64,000 nucleotides of DNA, from the NCBI GenBank assembly GCA_050251945.1, contig JBFWLW010000003.1, positions 273,848-337,847 on the forward strand, written 5' to 3'. Each line of letters starts with the position of its first letter. The stretch's first letter is position 1. The translations under genes and the position numbers were made by a program. This document shows positions 39,441 to 48,370 of the stretch, piece by piece. Source of the stretch: Deferribacterales bacterium. GTDB taxonomy: Bacteria; Chrysiogenota; Deferribacteres; Deferribacterales; Geovibrionaceae. The notes beneath the pieces were generated by a model. That model saw nothing but the letters and a program-made list of their open reading frames with translations. It was not told the DNA's origin and made no database searches.

Positions 39441-41004
39441 GTACGTAAATGCGGTTTATAAGCCGCAAGTACCAACGCAGTATAGGGGTAATCCACTTAT
39501 TGAGGCCTTGCCTGAAATAAGAAATGAGGATGATCTTGGTTTGGCACTAATGCGTCTTCCATATTATACGAGAGATGAAATTAACCAGCCTCCTGAAATT
39601 AAACAATACTCTATTAATAAGCTGTTTGCGTATTTTCAGCCGTTCGATACGCATATTGATTATGCTTATCAAATAGATATTATGATACGAGAGGGATATG
39701 TAGGCAGAAACCCTCTTGATGTGATTAACCCGGCACTCAAATCGGTGAAACCTTTAGACACTGGTCATGATTACGAATCAGCCCGTACAAGAGCATTTAC
39801 TGGCGTTTCTGGAATCGGCAAAACAACAAGTACAAAGAGAGTATTAAGTTTGTATGACCAGGTGATTCTGCACGAACCAACAGAGGAGAATGAAGGCTTA
39901 AATATATGGCAGGTCACATGGCTTAAAGTCGAGTGTCCCATAGATGCTTCACTAAAGCAGCTTTGCACCAATTTTTTTACTGAGATGGATAAAATTCTTG
40001 GCACGAATTACTGCGAGAAATATATAAAATCACGTAATTCTGTTGAGGATATGATTACGATGATGGCAAAAGTTGCTTCGATTCATTATTTGGGAATTCT
40101 TGTAATTGATGAGATTCAAAACATAAGTAAACTTAAGGCCGGCGGATATGAGAAAATTCTTAATTTCTTTGTAAGTCTAAGCAATACGATATCAATTCCG
40201 GTGCTCCTTATAGGAACATTAAAAGCTAATGAAATGCTCCAAAAAGATTTGAGAATAGGAAGAAGAATGGATGGTCCAGGCGGCATTGAATGGCATCGAT
40301 TTGAAAATGACCCTCTTTGGGAGCTTTTCGTTGAGGGATTCTGGGAGTATACATGGCTTAGAAATCATCCAGGGCTGACCAAAGAATTCATTGATGTGTT
40401 TTATGAAGAAAGCCAAGGGATTATTGATGCCGCAATGAAGATTTATGCCCTGGTTCAAAGACATTCTGTAAAGCAAGGGTCAGAAACATTTACTGTTGAA
40501 ACTGTTAGAGATATAGCACAGAAAGGCTTAATTTTCATGCGTCCCATGCTGAATGCTCTGAAGTCAGGAGATCCAATAGAAATTGCGAGGTATGGCGATA
40601 TTACACCTGTGTCATTTGAAGAAATCAGCAAAAAGCTTTTTTCAACACCGGAATATTTCAAAAGAACAGTTCAAAATGCTGAAAATACAGTCGAGAAGCA
40701 GAAGGAAAAAATTGCTTCAGCCATTAACTTACTTTTGGCAGAGCATATTGATTATGATTTAGCAGAACAGTATGTGTGTGATATTCTTAAAAAGAACCCG
40801 TCTGCGACTGCTCCAGATATTGCGTTAAAAGCTCTAAATAAAATCAAAAAAATACCGAATAGTTCTTCTGAGGATAAAGGCTCAAAATACCCTATTGTTT
40901 TGGATTGCTATGATTCGGCACAGGATACTGGAGCCAGTGTTTACTCTATTGTGAACAGTTCCGGCTGGATTAAGAATCCTTTGGGAGATTTTACATTGGC
41001 TTAA
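39433..41004 (+). CDS. tnsC: Tn7 TnsC AAA+ ATPase
   Basis: YRGNPLIEALP, Walker A GVSGIGKT, Walker B LVIDEIQ, ESQGIID. Confidence 0.95.
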   Translation: MIKYVNAVYKPQVPTQYRGNPLIEALPEIRNEDDLGLALMRLPYYTRDEINQPPEIKQYSINKLFAYFQPFDTHIDYAYQIDIMIREGYVGRNPLDVINPALKSVKPLDTGHDYESARTRAFTGVSGIGKTTSTKRVLSLYDQVILHEPTEENEGLNIWQVTWLKVECPIDASLKQLCTNFFTEMDKILGTNYCEKYIKSRNSVEDMITMMAKVASIHYLGILVIDEIQNISKLKAGGYEKILNFFVSLSNTISIPVLLIGTLKANEMLQKDLRIGRRMDGPGGIEWHRFENDPLWELFVEGFWEYTWLRNHPGLTKEFIDVFYEESQGIIDAAMKIYALVQRHSVKQGSETFTVETVRDIAQKGLIFMRPMLNALKSGDPIEIARYGDITPVSFEEISKKLFSTPEYFKRTVQNAENTVEKQKEKIASAINLLLAEHIDYDLAEQYVCDILKKNPSATAPDIALKALNKIKKIPNSSSEDKGSKYPIVLDCYDSAQDTGASVYSIVNSSGWIKNPLGDFTLA

Positions 41005-41019
41005 ACAGGTTTTGTGTTA

Positions 41020-41454
41020 TTATTGTTCTAAGTCTTCAATGACCTGAACTACTGGGTCGCCAGTTTTAACAAAGCTTTCTTTTTCGTCTAAATCTTCCCA
41101 TGTTTTTTCATCTGTCTTGAGAGTTTCATATTTTGTAACATATTCTGGCGGCATCAGTGACTTAGAAAGCATGCCGATATTTACGAACCCATCTCCCCCA
41201 ATATTAACTCTTTTTTTCTTGTAAGTTGAGGCCACAGATAAGCGCTCTTGGACTTGTGTTATTTTTACTCTAACCTTTGGTCTTTCTAATGAACCAAGAA
41301 TATTCCCTGTGTCAGGGTCAACAATATCTTCATCGTTTTGATCAAGAACATCAAACAACATGCCTACTTCAATACCTTGTTGGCTTCCTGCTGCAATAGC
41401 AATTTCTCGTGAGTTTAGAATTCTTGCAACTTTTGATCTAATTAGTTCACTCAC
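41020..41454 (-). CDS. Uncharacterised small beta-barrel-type protein (FlgT-C-like motif)
   Basis: 144 aa, GTG start with GGAG RBS; KVARIL...GSQQGIEVGMLFDV...DPDTGNILG...VKITQVQERLSVA. Confidence 0.8.
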   Translation of the reverse strand: MSELIRSKVARILNSREIAIAAGSQQGIEVGMLFDVLDQNDEDIVDPDTGNILGSLERPKVRVKITQVQERLSVASTYKKKRVNIGGDGFVNIGMLSKSLMPPEYVTKYETLKTDEKTWEDLDEKESFVKTGDPVVQVIEDLEQ

Positions 41455-41908
41455 TGCTATTCTCCATGTGTTTTAAAGATTTTAATTTAGAACTTAATTC
41501 TTCTATTTCATCTGGTACTAAATCCTTCCAATCTTCTAGAGCGTCATCAGCGGTAGCAAGTTGCTCGATAACAATAACTTCCATTCTTTCAAGCGTTATT
41601 TCTTTTGATTGGTATTCTTTTGAATTTGAAATTTCTATCGCAACTCTGGAGAGGCTTGCATAAAGAGACATCAGTCTTCTGAATGCTGAACGAGCATGAG
41701 GTTTTATAATTTCCTTAGCGGATTCAGTTGAGGAATATTTTCCCAGAAAATAGGAACCAATCAATCCAGAAAGTAATGAGAATAGTTGTAAAAGAGTGTT
41801 TTCAAGACTTGTTAATTGTCGTTGGGATGAAATTATTATTTGCATAACAGCAACAATTATTGCAACAACAATCAAAAAATATGGAAAAAGATTATCTTTT
41901 CTTATCAT
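41447..41908 (-). CDS. Uncharacterised two-TM membrane protein
   Basis: 153 aa; two N-terminal hydrophobic helices then a helical domain; overlaps the downstream gene by 8 nt. Confidence 0.8.
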   Translation of the reverse strand: MIRKDNLFPYFLIVVAIIVAVMQIIISSQRQLTSLENTLLQLFSLLSGLIGSYFLGKYSSTESAKEIIKPHARSAFRRLMSLYASLSRVAIEISNSKEYQSKEITLERMEVIVIEQLATADDALEDWKDLVPDEIEELSSKLKSLKHMENSSE

Positions 41909-42189
41909 ATAAATTTGAATTCCAATATTAAAATTACCAATTTTTATATTATGAATTTACTTAAAGAAATTAGCAATAATATTATTTTGGCTTAATAAAT
42001 AAAAAATTTTGCCAATATATAAGTTAATTATGGCTATTTAAACTAAATATAGAATAACTTTGGTTATATATATTTTGTTTTTTGTCGATAATTTTTTTAA
42101 GAGTAGTTCTCTCCAGCAAAACAAGGATGTATTGCCGGTATTATATTCATGGATGACACACAAACTATTAATTATAGTTGAGGTGCGTT

Positions 42190-42333
42190 ATGAAGTTTAT
42201 GTTGGAAATGCTTATGCAAGAGATCCTTGAGCAATTTATGGAGTGGTTGGTTGATGCTCTTTACCTTAATATTAATCAACTTATATCTACTTTTCCTGAT
42301 ATTTACTGTAATTTTATGAATTCTTGGTTTTAG
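42190..42333 (+). CDS. Small ORF (47 aa) upstream of tnsD
   Basis: GAGGTG RBS then MKFMLEMLMQEILEQFMEWLVDALYLNINQLISTFPDIYCNFMNSWF*; below the ORF-track length cutoff. Confidence 0.45.
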   Translation: MKFMLEMLMQEILEQFMEWLVDALYLNINQLISTFPDIYCNFMNSWF

Positions 42334-42362
42334 GATAGTATCTACATTTATGCAATAAGGGG

Positions 42363-43904
42363 TTGAAAGTTGGGAACGGGTTCATAAGGTATTTTCCAAA
42401 ACCATATGAGAACGAACTTTTATACAGTGTTATTGCCAGATACCACAGACATACAGGCATTTCATCAGCTAAAGCCACCCCTGAAGAGCTTTTTGGTGAC
42501 AGAAAAGTCGTTGCGGTCTATGATCTCCCCAGCCATTTAAGCGCACTTGCGAATACTCTGAATAGATCAGGTTTTCCTTGCTGTGCGGATGATTTGATCA
42601 ATAAAAATACCTTGTTTCCTCTCTATGCGAATTTCATCAAAAATAATAGATTACAAACTGCTCGTGCAAACATGCTTTCTGGTAAAGGCGGAGCACTGCA
42701 CAATCTGCTTGGTTTGATGGCTTCCAGCGTCCCAAATTTGCAATTTTTCAAATATTGCCCAGAATGCAATATAGAATCTATTAAGAGGTACGGAGAGCTA
42801 TATTTAAACCGGTTACACCAGATGCCGTTCGTCTATTTCTGCCCAATTCATGAAAAACAGTTAATCTGCTCTTCAATAAGCATCAGGCAGTATAATAGGC
42901 ATGAGTTTGTCTATCCGGATGAAAATTTAATGCGTATTGGGATACTGGATGTCTTTAATAGTCATGAGAGTGGCTTCTTGATAAAAGTAGCATCTATAGT
43001 AAAAGAACTTATTGAAATGGACACAGGAATTAATGACTGGCGCACAAAATATATGTCGATTCTCAAGCTGCAAGGATTTATCCGTGGTTCATGCATAGTT
43101 GACAACTCAAAGCTTCTGTCCGAATTCAAAAGTTATTATGGAGAATCATTGCTTTCGACTCTTAAATGTTCTGTAAATGATAATGACTGGCTATTTTCAA
43201 TTGTCCGCAAACACCGTAAAGCATTTCATCCGATAAGACACATTCTTATGATTCTCTTCCTTGCTGACTCGCTGCAACAATTCATGGAACATAAAGCAGT
43301 TGATGTATCAACTCAGCGTCCGATAAACTACCCTGAAAGGAGTTTTACTGCATATCATGCGTCTTGGCTTTCGTTGAAAGAAAAACATCCTGAGAAGTCG
43401 AAGAATGAGCTTAGGCGGCTATCGCCTAAAACGTACGCTTGGCTCTATCGTAATGATAAGGAATGGCTGGGTATGAATTCTCCCTCTATCCGTTTGCCGC
43501 AGGCACAAAATAAGCGTGTTGACTGGCATAATCGAGACATAGAAATTGTAGAAAAAGTTGCTATAGCTATCAAAGAGATTGAATCAGTTTCAAAACCGTT
43601 TCTTCGTGTAAGCATTGGTAGAGTTGGCAAGATGATTGGTCAGCTTACTCTTCTTGAAAAGCATATAGATAAGCTGCCGTTAACAAGAAAAGTGCTGAAA
43701 GAGAAAGTAGAAGATACATATACGTTTCAGAAACGTAAAATTGACTGTGTGGTTTGTGCTGTTACTGGGGCGTTTGTTAATGAGTCGGACATTTATAAGA
43801 AAGCTACGGTGGCGAAAGGAAGATGTGCAGAGACTGATAAATATATTTCCTATAAAGTTCGGATATACAACGAAAATATGGTAATAATAAAAGAAACTAT
43901 CTAA
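42363..43904 (+). CDS. tnsD: Tn7 TnsD/TniQ target selector
   Basis: FPKPYENELLYSVIARY, CPEC...HQMP...CPIH zinc finger, RKAFHPIRH, YAWLYRNDKEWL, RVDWHNRD. Confidence 0.93.
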   Translation: MKVGNGFIRYFPKPYENELLYSVIARYHRHTGISSAKATPEELFGDRKVVAVYDLPSHLSALANTLNRSGFPCCADDLINKNTLFPLYANFIKNNRLQTARANMLSGKGGALHNLLGLMASSVPNLQFFKYCPECNIESIKRYGELYLNRLHQMPFVYFCPIHEKQLICSSISIRQYNRHEFVYPDENLMRIGILDVFNSHESGFLIKVASIVKELIEMDTGINDWRTKYMSILKLQGFIRGSCIVDNSKLLSEFKSYYGESLLSTLKCSVNDNDWLFSIVRKHRKAFHPIRHILMILFLADSLQQFMEHKAVDVSTQRPINYPERSFTAYHASWLSLKEKHPEKSKNELRRLSPKTYAWLYRNDKEWLGMNSPSIRLPQAQNKRVDWHNRDIEIVEKVAIAIKEIESVSKPFLRVSIGRVGKMIGQLTLLEKHIDKLPLTRKVLKEKVEDTYTFQKRKIDCVVCAVTGAFVNESDIYKKATVAKGRCAETDKYISYKVRIYNENMVIIKETI

Positions 43905-43916
43905 GTAGGTTTTCTA

Positions 43917-45437
43917 ATGTCATCATATCGATTTTTCAAACCAGATGAGATGAAAAAAGCAGAAGTACATTGGGTTGGTACGTTTTGGCGCACGAACAAT
44001 GGTAACTGGAATGTAAATGTGTATTTGTTATACGACGGCCAAATCGTTCAGACATATTTACCGATAGGGGCAATGCCTTATTTAGCAGTAGGGGCGCAGG
44101 TTGTTGACGGATATCTCAGAGGCAGTCAAGCCACTGAAGATTTGAAAGAGTTTAGAATTAATGATTTAAGCGCAGGGAGTTTAATTCGGCTTAGTGAAAT
44201 GCCTAAGAGTCTCTGTTCATTTTATGGTAATAAATATCTAGCAAATGAACTCGTATATAGATACACCAAAGACAACAGGGTTTATTATATCCCTCAAACT
44301 GAAATAATTCGTTCCTTGCTGACTGTAAATACTACTCTGGCAAACCATATTGTATTACCGGAAGGATTGAGCCTGCTGATTTCAAAATATGAGCTTGCAG
44401 ACGATAAAGTTACCGTTGAAGTCGCAAAGGAGTTTCCAAAGAAGCTCCTCATGCATACCAATATCATCCATCTTATGTCACTCTTCCTGTCAGGTTCTTT
44501 ACGTCGTCTGTGGAGCAGTGTTTATGCTAATACCATAAAAGGGAATAACAATAAACAGATGCTTAATCTCGTCCCTTTAAAGGGTATAAAAATCTATTTC
44601 AAATATGCATCCATGTATAATTCTTATTTTGTTAAAGAAATACGGGAGATAGAAGGGTTTCGACCTCCATTCAGTTCTGTTGTATTTAGTCATCCGGATG
44701 TGAAAGATTATATTGGAGATCCCGAAATAGAAAAAAGAAAGATTCCTAAAGGTGATAAAGGTGACCGTGAACTGGATAACACCACAGAACCGGGTGCAGA
44801 TAACAATCGTGATGTTGCTTGGCATGACAGCATATGCGTTAGAATGAAGTTTAAGGGTGTGAAGGCTGAGCATTCTTTAGAAAAGATTGATTCGGCTAAG
44901 AAACAGATAAAAAATGTGAATACTCAGGAGAGTGTCTTCAAATATAGCCTTGGCAACTTCGTTGGAAATGGTAAAGGGAAGCCTATTGAACTCCAAAACC
45001 TTACCGCATTGCCGGCTGATGTTGATGTATACGGTTTAGAAAAATTTTTAGCGGCAGTTTCTGCTATGGAGCGGTCCGGGTATGCCAAGGTCCACAAGGT
45101 GGTCGTTGAGCCTCTTGAAGGAGATACTGCTTTCGTGAGGATCGGTAGCCGCAATAGAAGCTGCGCCATAGTATTTGTAGAAAACTCAGTGATAATTGAA
45201 TTTAGCAGACCTGACGAGTATCCTATTTCAACACTCATAATCAATAGATATGACCATGCCAGCATCTATGATAACATCAAACGTCTTATTGTCAGTGCCA
45301 TCGAAAATAACGGCCATTGGGATACGGGCTTTTTAGATGGCTTCCATTCTTTCAACTATAAATTTGCAAAGCATAGTAAAGCAGATGTCCCCTATAAATG
45401 GGGTTATAGGTTGCTAGCAAAGATAACACTATTTTAA
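43917..45437 (+). CDS. tnsE: Tn7 TnsE-like protein
   Basis: 506 aa directly after tnsD; YIPQTEIIRSL and R.CAIV...IIEFSRPDEYPISTL...GHW resemble TnsE-family proteins. Confidence 0.75.
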   Translation: MSSYRFFKPDEMKKAEVHWVGTFWRTNNGNWNVNVYLLYDGQIVQTYLPIGAMPYLAVGAQVVDGYLRGSQATEDLKEFRINDLSAGSLIRLSEMPKSLCSFYGNKYLANELVYRYTKDNRVYYIPQTEIIRSLLTVNTTLANHIVLPEGLSLLISKYELADDKVTVEVAKEFPKKLLMHTNIIHLMSLFLSGSLRRLWSSVYANTIKGNNNKQMLNLVPLKGIKIYFKYASMYNSYFVKEIREIEGFRPPFSSVVFSHPDVKDYIGDPEIEKRKIPKGDKGDRELDNTTEPGADNNRDVAWHDSICVRMKFKGVKAEHSLEKIDSAKKQIKNVNTQESVFKYSLGNFVGNGKGKPIELQNLTALPADVDVYGLEKFLAAVSAMERSGYAKVHKVVVEPLEGDTAFVRIGSRNRSCAIVFVENSVIIEFSRPDEYPISTLIINRYDHASIYDNIKRLIVSAIENNGHWDTGFLDGFHSFNYKFAKHSKADVPYKWGYRLLAKITLF

Positions 45438-45486
45438 TTAAAAAATATTTAAAATAGGTGCTTTGAATATGGAATCCTATTTACTT

Positions 45487-45546
45487 AAATTAGCTTATAT
45501 GCTAATTTATTATTATATGAGATTATATATTAGCATATTTGCTAAT
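45487..45546. promoter_or_regulatory. Twin palindromic operators ATTAGC-N6-GCTAAT
   Basis: AAATTAGC-TTATAT-GCTAATTT (45487-45508) and ATTAGC-ATATTT-GCTAAT (45529-45546), 40 bp apart, just before an HTH gene. Confidence 0.7.
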
Positions 45547-45564
45547 TATTGTCGGAAGTTGACT

Positions 45565-45807
45565 ATGCTAATAACTGAAGAAGAATTACAGGTAAAATTA
45601 AAAAACTTTTTAAAAGCAGAGCTAAGGTTAAGAGGATTGACCCATCAATCACTTGCTGATTTGCTTTCAAAAGATGGTCAATATGTAACAAAGATATCTA
45701 TTGATAATAAGTTATCGAGAGGGAGCTTTAGTGCCGCATTTTTTTTTCAGTGTATAAAAGTCTTAGGGTGCGATATAGACGATCTTCAAAAAATAGTTAA
45801 GCTGTAA
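45565..45807 (+). CDS. DUF6471-like / XRE-type HTH protein
   Basis: LKAELRLRGLTHQSLADLL...IDNKLSRGSFSAAFFFQCIKVLG; ATG 45565 preferred to the ORF-track TTG at 45463. Confidence 0.75.
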   Translation: MLITEEELQVKLKNFLKAELRLRGLTHQSLADLLSKDGQYVTKISIDNKLSRGSFSAAFFFQCIKVLGCDIDDLQKIVKL

Positions 45808-45854
45808 CTATTTGATTAAGTGCTGTAGGTATTGAATTTAAGGTAGAATTAAAA

Positions 45855-46038
45855 ATGACAGAAATGAAACTAAAAAGGAGTACTTTATGCTCCACATAAG
45901 CTTGTGGACTGGATTGTTGAGTATGTTATGGAGCAGTCCAGTTCTATGTTAGCAGTATCAGAACCAAACTGTAAAAAGAGTGTATTAATAGACGAATTAA
46001 TGAAATATGACAATACTATTAAAGTTATTCAGGGGTAA
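45855..46038 (+). pseudogene. Decayed N-terminal fragment of an N6-adenine MTase
   Basis: MTEMKLK, then after one extra A: GVLYAPHKLVDWIVEYVMEQSSSMLAVSEPNCKKSVLIDEL, which aligns by eye with [16 protein letters not shown]...[15 protein letters not shown] of the intact MTase. Confidence 0.55.
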
Positions 46039-46186
46039 TGAAATTACATGTAATAGCTTATTTTTTGATTTGAAAGTAACAATACATAATTCAGGTATCT
46101 TATTTCTGATACAAATGGTTATGACAGTATTAGTTACCAACTATAATTTAAACATACAGGATTGATTAAAAATTTTTTAAAGGCAG

Positions 46187-47815
46187 ATGATGAAATTTAA
46201 AGCAGACCAGACGACACAAAAGCTTAGGGGGGGGTACTACACTCCTCAATATTTGGCGGACTATGTAGTTAAATGGGCATTAAGAAAGCAACCAAACACT
46301 ATTTTAGAGCCCAGTTGCGGTGATGGAGCTTTTGTTCAAGCATTACACAATAATTCTTGTGACAAAGCATTAACCCTTTCATGTTTTGAGCTTTTTGATT
46401 TAGAAGCAAAAAAAACTCTGGAACGTTGTGAATCACTTGGTTTTCAGAGTGCAACTGTTACTGAAGGTGACTTTCTTGTTTGGGCTAATAAGCAAATCAA
46501 GGAAGGAACGATTCTATATGATGCTGTGATTGGTAACCCTCCGTTTATCAGGTATCAATTCCTAGAAAAGTCTTTCCAAGAACAAGCAGAGCTTGTCTTT
46601 AAGCAATTAAAGCAGAAGTTTACTAAACACACTAATGCATGGGTTCCATTCCTGCTTTCATCGCTGGCTATGCTAAGACCGGGTGGTCGAATGGCTATGG
46701 TTATTCCGTCAGAAATAATTCATGTCATGCACGCTCAGTCTTTACGTAGCTATATGGGAAGCATATGTTCGAAGATTGTCATTATCGATCCTAAAGAAAT
46801 CTGGTTTGAGGGCACGCTTCAAGGTGCGGTAGTTATCTTAGCGGAAAAAAAAGAAGATCCGGCCATCCCATCAGAAGGTGTGGGAATCGTAAATGTAAGC
46901 GGTCTTGATTTTCTGAAAGAAAACCCAGAAGAGCTATTTAATAATACTTTAGGTATTAATGGTGAGACAGTAAAAGGTAAGTGGACACGGGCAACTTTAC
47001 AGAAAAATGAGCTAGCACTACTCAAAAAGTTGATTAGCCATGAGGCTGTTTATCAGTTCAAAGAGATTGCAAAAGTTGATGTTGGTATAGTGACTGGGGC
47101 TAACAAGTTCTTCTTAGTTAATAACGAGACGATTAAGCGCTTTAAATTAGAGAAGTACTCTCACCCTATGTTTGGGCGTAGTCAGCACTGTCCAGGTGTA
47201 TTATATGACTGGCAGCAACATCAAGCAAATCAGGAACGAGGCTTACCAACAAATTTTCTATACATAGAAGATGCATTTGAAAAGCTACCAGCAAAGGCAA
47301 AAGACTATATCGAATTAGGGGAAGCTGAAAGGTATCATGAGCGTTATAAGTGCCGTATTCGTAAGCCGTGGTATAAGGTTCCTTCGGTATATAGTACTGA
47401 GGTAGGTATGTTGAAACGCTCCCATGAAGCCCCCCGCCTGATTTTAAATCAAGTTGAAGCTTATACTACTGATACTGCTTATCGCATCAGATCCTCTTTT
47501 ACGAATGCGGAAAACCTTGTTTGTAGTTTCTTCAACCCACTCACAGCAATCACTGCTGAGTTAGAAGGGCGCTACTATGGTGGTGGGGTATTAGAGCTTG
47601 TTCCATCAGAAATTGAAAAAATTTACATCCCCATACTTGACGGACATAAGCATGACCTGGCAACTCTTAATCGACTTGTTAAAGATGGTAAAGTTGAAGA
47701 AGCGATGAGGTTACAAGGCGACTCTATTCTTTCCAAACTGGGGCTAACTGAGCAAGAGATCACAGATTTAATTAGTATCTGGCGTAAATTAAGAGACAGG
47801 CGTTTACGCAAATAG
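46187..47815 (+). CDS. N6-adenine DNA methyltransferase (M.Eco57I-like, gamma class)
   Basis: GGYYTP, motif [11 protein letters not shown], motif [12 protein letters not shown]-terminal [15 protein letters not shown]. Confidence 0.92.
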   Translation: MMKFKADQTTQKLRGGYYTPQYLADYVVKWALRKQPNTILEPSCGDGAFVQALHNNSCDKALTLSCFELFDLEAKKTLERCESLGFQSATVTEGDFLVWANKQIKEGTILYDAVIGNPPFIRYQFLEKSFQEQAELVFKQLKQKFTKHTNAWVPFLLSSLAMLRPGGRMAMVIPSEIIHVMHAQSLRSYMGSICSKIVIIDPKEIWFEGTLQGAVVILAEKKEDPAIPSEGVGIVNVSGLDFLKENPEELFNNTLGINGETVKGKWTRATLQKNELALLKKLISHEAVYQFKEIAKVDVGIVTGANKFFLVNNETIKRFKLEKYSHPMFGRSQHCPGVLYDWQQHQANQERGLPTNFLYIEDAFEKLPAKAKDYIELGEAERYHERYKCRIRKPWYKVPSVYSTEVGMLKRSHEAPRLILNQVEAYTTDTAYRIRSSFTNAENLVCSFFNPLTAITAELEGRYYGGGVLELVPSEIEKIYIPILDGHKHDLATLNRLVKDGKVEEAMRLQGDSILSKLGLTEQEITDLISIWRKLRDRRLRK

Positions 47816-47916
47816 TACCTATTTTCTTATAAATTTTATTGCAGAAGACTGTACACTTATGGTATATTGATTTTCAGAATTTATACTTTAATGTGTTTGT
47901 GGGGAGGTAAGTACCT

Positions 47917-48327
47917 ATGCCGACAAAAGAAGTGTGGATCAAAACCAATCTGCCAGAAGGTGATTTGCAGTTACTGACATCTTGCAACGCCTCTGGAGTG
48001 CTGCGATTAACACAATCAGGGTACGGTATCGATCAAACTACATATTTTAGAAATACAGTTTTTAGGAACCTGGCTTGGCGTGCGATTGATGGCAAAGAAA
48101 TGGCACGTGCTAAATTTAAAATATTCATTCATGGAAATGATCGAGGAACATTCACGTTAGAAATCAGCTATAAGCCGTCATGGGAATCTGGTCAGAATAA
48201 CTACACAACAGGGTTACATTGGGGCGATGCTGTTAACGTTATACAAGATCATTCTTTAATAGGGAGAACACTAACTTTATACGAAGTTAATAACGAACCC
48301 TACGACTATCTGATTGATATACGATAA
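47917..48327 (+). CDS. Hypothetical protein, putative stand-alone DNA-recognition domain
   Basis: 136 aa with strong GGGGAGGT RBS; motifs GVLRLTQ, IDQTTYFRN.VF..L.W, GQNNYTTGLHWG, GRTLTLY. Confidence 0.75.
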   Translation: MPTKEVWIKTNLPEGDLQLLTSCNASGVLRLTQSGYGIDQTTYFRNTVFRNLAWRAIDGKEMARAKFKIFIHGNDRGTFTLEISYKPSWESGQNNYTTGLHWGDAVNVIQDHSLIGRTLTLYEVNNEPYDYLIDIR

Positions 48328-48370
48328 GTTCTATATTGCATGGGAGCAACCTCTCTTGCTTTTTTATCTA

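Noticed and set aside
45463..45564. N-terminal extension of the HTH ORF
   Set aside because: It translates the AT-rich operator region; the domain starts at ATG 45565.
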